64,000 nucleotides of DNA from Candidatus Woesebacteria bacterium (GTDB lineage Bacteria; Patescibacteriota; Microgenomatia; UBA8517): assembly GCA_016700095.1 (NCBI GenBank), contig CP065002.1, positions 643,667-707,666 of the forward strand, in the 5' to 3' direction. Of the stretch, positions 58,762 through 64,000 are shown one piece after another (within the stretch, counting starts at the first letter, position 1; every line of letters starts with the position of its first letter). Both the position numbers and the translations under genes were made by a program. The notes beneath the pieces are model-generated. The model was not told the origin of the DNA, did not search any database, and worked only from the letters and a program-made list of their open reading frames with translations.

Positions 58762-59340
58762 TTAATCTGCAAAAACAGGGGTAATTTCAAAATTCACAGT
58801 CTTTATTCGCTGGTCAAGTTTTATAACTTTCAATTCATCTACAAATTCAATTACTGGTGCAGATGTTTCTTTTTCTAGAGATTTTTCGAGTTCCTCATTA
58901 TTGTAAAAACGGACAGATAATGATAAATCGTAATCACTACCAAGTTTCAAACTGTTTGGCCAAGGCTCCACAAATCTATACTTATAAACTCTTTTGCTAT
59001 TTGTCTCAGTTTCCAACCACACGCAATTATCTTGTCCTTTCTTGCATAATTCACTGCTTTGAATTCCAATGGCATCTTCACTGTCGTCATGTTTGGAAGT
59101 GGTTATACTTATGTTGTCATGCACTTGGTCACTATTTATCTGTTTATATATTATTGTTACTTCACCTTCAATAACATTGGAATTTTCATCTTCATCAATA
59201 ATGGAGTCTTTACTAATATCCTTCTTAGAAGGATTCTGTTTATTGTTGTTTGAAAAAAATGTTACTCCAACCCCAATCGCAACTATCATAGTTATTAAAA
59301 ACAAAAATAATGGTAATGCAAATCCTTTTTCATCTTTCAT
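58762..59340 (-). CDS. Hypothetical secreted or membrane-anchored protein
   Basis: N-terminal TM/signal. Acidic. Confidence 0.4.
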   Translation of the reverse strand: MKDEKGFALPLFLFLITMIVAIGVGVTFFSNNNKQNPSKKDISKDSIIDEDENSNVIEGEVTIIYKQINSDQVHDNISITTSKHDDSEDAIGIQSSELCKKGQDNCVWLETETNSKRVYKYRFVEPWPNSLKLGSDYDLSLSVRFYNNEELEKSLEKETSAPVIEFVDELKVIKLDQRIKTVNFEITPVFAD

Positions 59341-59465
59341 GTATTAATGTTAATATTTACTTATTCAATATGCAAATACTAAGATGAGCAACTCGAACTA
59401 ATTATAACGGATATGACAAAGCTTTATGAAGTATTTGGCAGGAAAATGGCATATAATTATTCATT

Positions 59466-60071
59466 ATGAATATCAATCAAAAAGTAAAGGCAGGCTACAA
59501 CATTGCCGCTAAAAACTATACTTCAGAATTTCGAGACCAATTCAAAAATGAAAAACATCTAGCTAAGTTGGTAGATGTTTTGTCTCCAAGATCAAGCATT
59601 CTTGATGTTGGCTGTGGAGCCGGTAAACCAATTGATAGCTATCTTGTTTCAAAAGGTATGAAAGTAACAGGTATCGATATTTCTGAAGCCCAAATAGAGT
59701 TGGCAAAATCATATGTACCAGAAGCTAATTACGAAGTCCGTGACATGTCTGAGCTACAAGATGGTGAATATGAAGTAGATGCCGTTGTTTCTTTTTACGC
59801 CATTTTTCACACCCCAAGAGAGAACCATGCTGACTTACTGAAGAAGTTCAAGTCTTTTCTGAAATCAGATGGATACTTGCTTATTACGATGGGAGCTAAT
59901 GATTGGGTAGGCAAAGAAGATAATTTCTGTGGATCAGAAATGTATTGGAGTCATTACGGTGCAGATAAAAATAAGGAGCTGATTGAAAAAGCAGGGTTTG
60001 ACATCATTTTCTCTGAGGTCGATGATGCAGGCGGAGAAAAACATTTGATTATATTAGCCAAAGCTAAGTAG
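59466..60071 (+). CDS. Class I SAM-dependent methyltransferase
   Basis: ILDVGCGAGKPI (motif I) and an acidic-residue motif II. Confidence 0.7.
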   Translation: MNINQKVKAGYNIAAKNYTSEFRDQFKNEKHLAKLVDVLSPRSSILDVGCGAGKPIDSYLVSKGMKVTGIDISEAQIELAKSYVPEANYEVRDMSELQDGEYEVDAVVSFYAIFHTPRENHADLLKKFKSFLKSDGYLLITMGANDWVGKEDNFCGSEMYWSHYGADKNKELIEKAGFDIIFSEVDDAGGEKHLIILAKAK

Positions 60072-60334
60072 GAATAGTTTCTATTTGGGGTCGGTTGCCA
60101 TCGGATGTTAGTATATCACCCTACAGGTGAAATGAATTAACACAGCTCACTTTTTAGAATTAGTACGGTAACTTAGGATCAGCTACCATCGGACATTCGA
60201 ACATGGATATACCTTAATCCTACAGAAAGCTTTATGAGAACAGTCACAAAATGGATTTATTGAAAAAAGATTATCACCCTACAGGTGAAATGAATTAACA
60301 CAGCTCACTTTTAAGAATTAATACAGTAACTTAG

Positions 60335-60409
<75 letters not shown>

Positions 60410-60618
60410 AAGTATTACTTAGACTAGGTTATAAATTAATGTACTTACCCTTGATCTAAGGTATTATAGCAAAATGTATAAAGTTCTACGTTATATAAAT
60501 AAGTACATGTGGAAGGTAGACATTTTTTGTGTTATGATCTAATCGTTTTTTGCGAGGTGTGAGAAAGTGCTTGACTGAACTTACTCTTTTGGTATTCAAT
60601 ATAATCTGAAACATATTT

Positions 60619-61350
60619 ATGCATGAAATATCGATAGCGGCTGAAGAAATCGCTCACATAGCAGGATTTGCTGTAACCAATTCCATGTTAACAACGCTCG
60701 TTGTGTCATTTCTTCTTATTGCTGTTGCAATTTGGGCAAAACCAAAATTCTCACTTATTCCTACAAAGGCAATCTCGATGATAGAAATTCCTGTTGAAGC
60801 AATGTATAAATTAACCAGACAAATAGCTCCGCACAATGTAACGGAATTCTTTCCTCTCATTACGACAATTTTTATCTTCGTTCTTTTTTCTAATTGGATC
60901 GCTTTATTACCTGGATTTGGCGGAATTGGTTTAAAGCACACCGTCGATCACCATGAATCGTTTACTCCCCTACTTCGTGCTACAACTGCAGATATCAATA
61001 CCACAATTTCATTAGCCCTCATTGCAGTTTTTGGAACTCATTACTACGGACTAAAACACTTGGGTGTAAAATTGCACGTCAGTAAATATATAAACGTAAC
61101 AAATCCGATTAAATTTTTTGTCGGATTTTTAGAGTTAATCGGAGAGGTGTCGAAAATTATTTCGTTTTCTTTCAGGCTTTTTGGAAATATATTCGCGGGT
61201 GAAGTATTATTGATTGTTATCGGATCATTGGTTCCAGTTATATTCCCCATACCATTTTGGGGGTTGGAAATATTTGTCGGCTTGATTCAGGCTTTAGTCT
61301 TTTCGATGCTAACACTTGTTTTTTGCAGTATGGCAGTAAGTAAGCACTAA
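60619..61350 (+). CDS. atpB: F0F1 ATP synthase subunit a
   Basis: FSFRLFGNIFAGEVLL is the essential-Arg motif. 5-6 TM. Confidence 0.8.
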   Translation: MHEISIAAEEIAHIAGFAVTNSMLTTLVVSFLLIAVAIWAKPKFSLIPTKAISMIEIPVEAMYKLTRQIAPHNVTEFFPLITTIFIFVLFSNWIALLPGFGGIGLKHTVDHHESFTPLLRATTADINTTISLALIAVFGTHYYGLKHLGVKLHVSKYINVTNPIKFFVGFLELIGEVSKIISFSFRLFGNIFAGEVLLIVIGSLVPVIFPIPFWGLEIFVGLIQALVFSMLTLVFCSMAVSKH

Positions 61351-61390
61351 CTATGAAAATTAAAATATTACAAATTTTGAGAGGGGGTGA

Positions 61391-61627
<237 letters not shown>

Positions 61628-61645
61628 CGTTCACATATAAGGTAT

Positions 61646-62137
61646 ATGGAACAATTAGGAATAGATTTAAAAGTCATTGTATTTCAGCTAATTAATTTTG
61701 GATTACTCTTTATTGTATTAAAGAAGTACTTATATAAACCGGTATCCAATTTTCTCGATCAAAGAATTAAAACTTTGAAAGAAAACGAAGATTTACATCG
61801 TGGTTTAGAAAAAAATAAGCAATCGATGGATGAGAAATTAAATTCGTTGAATTCATCGAATAAACAAAAACTAAACGGTTTGTTAAAGGATGCAAAATTA
61901 GACATTGCGAAAATGAAAAAGAATGCCGAGAAAGAAGCTAAGGCAGAAGCAGATAGAATATTGTCCAAAGCGCAAGCCACATCGATCGTTTTGAAAAATC
62001 GATCAAGCATGGATGCTAAACGAGAAATGGAGAAAGTAGCACTTGAGACTGCCGAAATGATGCTTGGAAATCTTTTGACAAATAAGCAAAAGGAAGAGTT
62101 TACCAAAGCTGCAATCAAACGTTTTCTGCAATCATGA
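61646..62137 (+). CDS. atpF: F0F1 ATP synthase subunit b
   Basis: N-terminal TM, then a long charged coiled coil. Operon position. Confidence 0.7.
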   Translation: MEQLGIDLKVIVFQLINFGLLFIVLKKYLYKPVSNFLDQRIKTLKENEDLHRGLEKNKQSMDEKLNSLNSSNKQKLNGLLKDAKLDIAKMKKNAEKEAKAEADRILSKAQATSIVLKNRSSMDAKREMEKVALETAEMMLGNLLTNKQKEEFTKAAIKRFLQS

Positions 62138-62364
62138 ATAATCTAAATAGTCCGGTTGCAGCTCGTAATGCACGAGTTGTGACAGGCGTAGTACTAACAG
62201 ATAAAGACAAAAAAGATATCAGGAAAAAGATTCTCGCCAGTTTTCCGGATTGTGATGATGTGGAGTTTTTGGTAAGTAAAGATTTGGTCGCAGGTATAAA
62301 AATAACCTATCAAGATAATATATACGTCGATACCCCGATCCATAGCATTTCACAAGAAAAATAA
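62134..62364 (+). CDS. atpH: Truncated F1 delta subunit (C-terminal domain only, 76 aa)
   Basis: VEFLVSKDLVAGIKITYQDNIYVDTPIHSIS matches the delta C-terminal pattern (v.l.s.vD.sLiGG..i..GD.viDgS). ATGA overlap with atpF. Confidence 0.5.
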   Translation: MNNLNSPVAARNARVVTGVVLTDKDKKDIRKKILASFPDCDDVEFLVSKDLVAGIKITYQDNIYVDTPIHSISQEK

Positions 62365-62369
62365 TTTTT

Positions 62370-63782
62370 ATGATTAAAGGTTTTAAAAGTCTCGGTACAG
62401 TAGAAGAATCAAAAGACGGAGTTATGTTACTCTCAGGTTTTGGTAGCGTCTCGTATGGAGAAAAGATTACCTGCACTAAACGCGGTGTGAGCGCAATGGT
62501 TATTAATTTAGGACGCGACAAAGTAGGTGCAGTTTTGTTTGGCGAAGTCCAATCGGTATCCGCCGGAGACACATTTACATCAACAGGTGAAATAATGAGC
62601 GTACCTGCATCATACGATATGGTGGGGCGTGTCCTTGACGGTCTCGCTTACCCTATCGACGGGAAAAATACGAACTTCAAGAAAGTAAAGATGATGCCTG
62701 TCGAGAAAATTGCAGCGGGCGTCATGGAAAGACAAGGTGTAGATACCCCTCTGGAAACCGGAATAATATCTGTCGATTCAATGATTCCGGTCGGACGAGG
62801 ACAACGTGAATTAGTAATCGGCGATCGTGGCACAGGAAAAACAGCGTTTACGTTAGATGCGATTATCAATCAAAAAGACGCGAAGAATCGTCCAATTTGC
62901 ATCTATGTCGCAATCGGCCAGAAACGTTCTCAGGTGGCTAACATTATTGATAAACTAGAGAAATTCCATGCGATGGAATATACAATTATAATTTCGGCAA
63001 CTGCTTCTGATTCTGTCGCACTTCAATATCTTGCCCCTTATTCGGCAACCGCAATTGCAGAATATTTTTTGGCAGACAAAAAAGATGTTTTAATTGTGTA
63101 TGACGATTTAACAAAACATGCATGGGCTTATCGTCAGATGTCACTTATTCTTGAACGCCCCCCGGGACGTGAGGCGTATCCTGGAGATATATTTTATTTA
63201 CACTCAAGGTTACTCGAAAGATCATGCAGATTAAATGATAAATTGGGTGGTGGATCAATTACCTCTTTTCCAATAGTCGAAACACAACTGGGAGACGTTA
63301 GTGCCTATATTCCCACAAATATCATTTCAATTACCGATGGTCAAATTTACTTTGAGACCGATCTTTTTAATTCAGGTTTTCGACCGGCAATCGATCCGGG
63401 TAATTCGGTTTCGCGAGTTGGAAGTGCCGCACAAACAAAGGAAATGAAAAAAATAGCAGGCCGTATGCGCCTTGATCTGGCGCAATTTAAAGAATTAGAG
63501 GCATTTGCGCAGTTCGGAAGTGCCGATCTGGATGAAGCTACCAGAAACAAAATTGAAAGAGGGCGACGTGTTCGTGAAATTCTAAAACAACCGCAATACT
63601 CTCCTCTGCCGACATATTTACAGATTGCCGTTATTTATGCAGCCAATGAAGGATATTTTGATAAAATTGATTTAGAAAATGTCCTGGACGTTAAGTACAA
63701 ACTAGCCGATTATTTGATGAAAGAAAAAAACAAAGATATCACACAAGGCGTCGAGAAGTTTTTTAAATTAAACTCACTATGA
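62370..63782 (+). CDS. atpA: F1 ATP synthase alpha subunit (470 aa, short N- and C-termini)
   Basis: GDRGTGKTA P-loop, SAYIPTNIISITDGQI and PAIDPGNSVSRVG. Confidence 0.9.
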   Translation: MIKGFKSLGTVEESKDGVMLLSGFGSVSYGEKITCTKRGVSAMVINLGRDKVGAVLFGEVQSVSAGDTFTSTGEIMSVPASYDMVGRVLDGLAYPIDGKNTNFKKVKMMPVEKIAAGVMERQGVDTPLETGIISVDSMIPVGRGQRELVIGDRGTGKTAFTLDAIINQKDAKNRPICIYVAIGQKRSQVANIIDKLEKFHAMEYTIIISATASDSVALQYLAPYSATAIAEYFLADKKDVLIVYDDLTKHAWAYRQMSLILERPPGREAYPGDIFYLHSRLLERSCRLNDKLGGGSITSFPIVETQLGDVSAYIPTNIISITDGQIYFETDLFNSGFRPAIDPGNSVSRVGSAAQTKEMKKIAGRMRLDLAQFKELEAFAQFGSADLDEATRNKIERGRRVREILKQPQYSPLPTYLQIAVIYAANEGYFDKIDLENVLDVKYKLADYLMKEKNKDITQGVEKFFKLNSL

Positions 63783-64000
63783 GCACACTAAGAGAAATAA
63801 AACAAAGAATCGGATCAGTGAAAAATATATCACAGGTTACCAATGCCATGCAGTTGGTTGCAGCTTCTAGAATGAAAAAAACGCAGGACAACGCGGCAAG
63901 GGGTAAACTCTATGCCAACAAATTGTATGACGTCATGCTGAATTTATCCAAAGATGCGACAAGCGTTACCAATCCATTTATTGATATTAAATACAGTGAC
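63779..64000 (+). CDS. atpG: F1 ATP synthase gamma subunit, N-terminal part (continues past the window end)
   Basis: MSTLREIKQRIGSVKNISQVTNAMQLVAASRM is the gamma N-terminal helix. ATGA overlap with atpA. Confidence 0.75.
   Translation, partial: MSTLREIKQRIGSVKNISQVTNAMQLVAASRMKKTQDNAARGKLYANKLYDVMLNLSKDATSVTNPFIDIKYSD

Larger units (their letters stand above)
55431..60334 (+). repeat. Repeat family: about 9 same-orientation copies of a roughly 62-bp core, TATCACCCTACAGGTGAAATGAATTAACACAGCTCACTTTT(T)AAGAATTAATACGGTAACTTAG, starting at about 55431 (partial), 55445, 56453, 56596, 58475 (partial), 58493 (partial), 58547, 60114 and 60272
   Basis: Read directly. The last copy abuts tRNA-His. The other copies are followed by tRNA-His-3'-end-like sequence of decreasing similarity. 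Confidence 0.85.

Noticed and set aside
60571-60608. TTGACT ... TATAAT upstream of atpB as the operon promoter
   Set aside because: The perfect -35-like hexamer and the TATAAT are 23 nt apart. The only 16-17-nt-spaced -10 candidate (TATTCA) is weak. Not called.

Overview
This 64-kb window has low GC and dense coding on both strands. It looks like an uncultivated, small-genome bacterium of the Patescibacteria/CPR type. That placement is inferred from the gene content below and is not proven.

Gene content:
- 14 dispersed tRNA genes, including 4 Leu isoacceptors; two Gly tRNAs carry an encoded CCA, and tRNA-His has an encoded G-1.
- About 70 protein genes. These include a complete atpB-E-F-H-A-G operon start, a Kup K+ transporter interrupted by one in-frame TGA, a CPA1 Na+/H+ antiporter, pyrD and a glycogen phosphorylase.
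- An ABC-F ATPase, a UmuC-like Y-family polymerase, an SRAP/YedK peptidase and three NUDIX hydrolases.
- Thioredoxin, thioredoxin-CcdA and VKOR redox genes, an LTD-domain surface protein, and an archaeo-eukaryotic-type DRG GTPase.
- Many small hypothetical genes.

Repeat architecture (the most unusual content):
- tRNA-His locus (55.4-60.4 kb): the tRNA is preceded by a 5-kb region divided by about 9 same-orientation copies of a roughly 62-bp repeat. Each copy is followed by a progressively degraded copy of the tRNA-His 3' end. Discrete gene modules sit between the copies, along with a 550-bp segmental duplication that creates a pseudogene fragment of a DUF1963 gene.
- tRNA-Leu(UAA): preceded by about 4 tandem 119-bp units, each containing the first 31 nt of the tRNA.
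- tRNA-Arg(UCG): flanked by partial copies of its own 5' and 3' ends, with a spacer-less 30-bp x9 tandem array in between.
- A four-copy intergenic element family of 85-95 nt with shared ends and a covarying hairpin, a duplicated 58-bp 5' region, and a palindromic operator-like motif shared by two promoters.

No CRISPR array, rRNA, integrase or transposase was recognised. Hand-counted coordinates for RNA and repeat features may be off by 1-2 nt.
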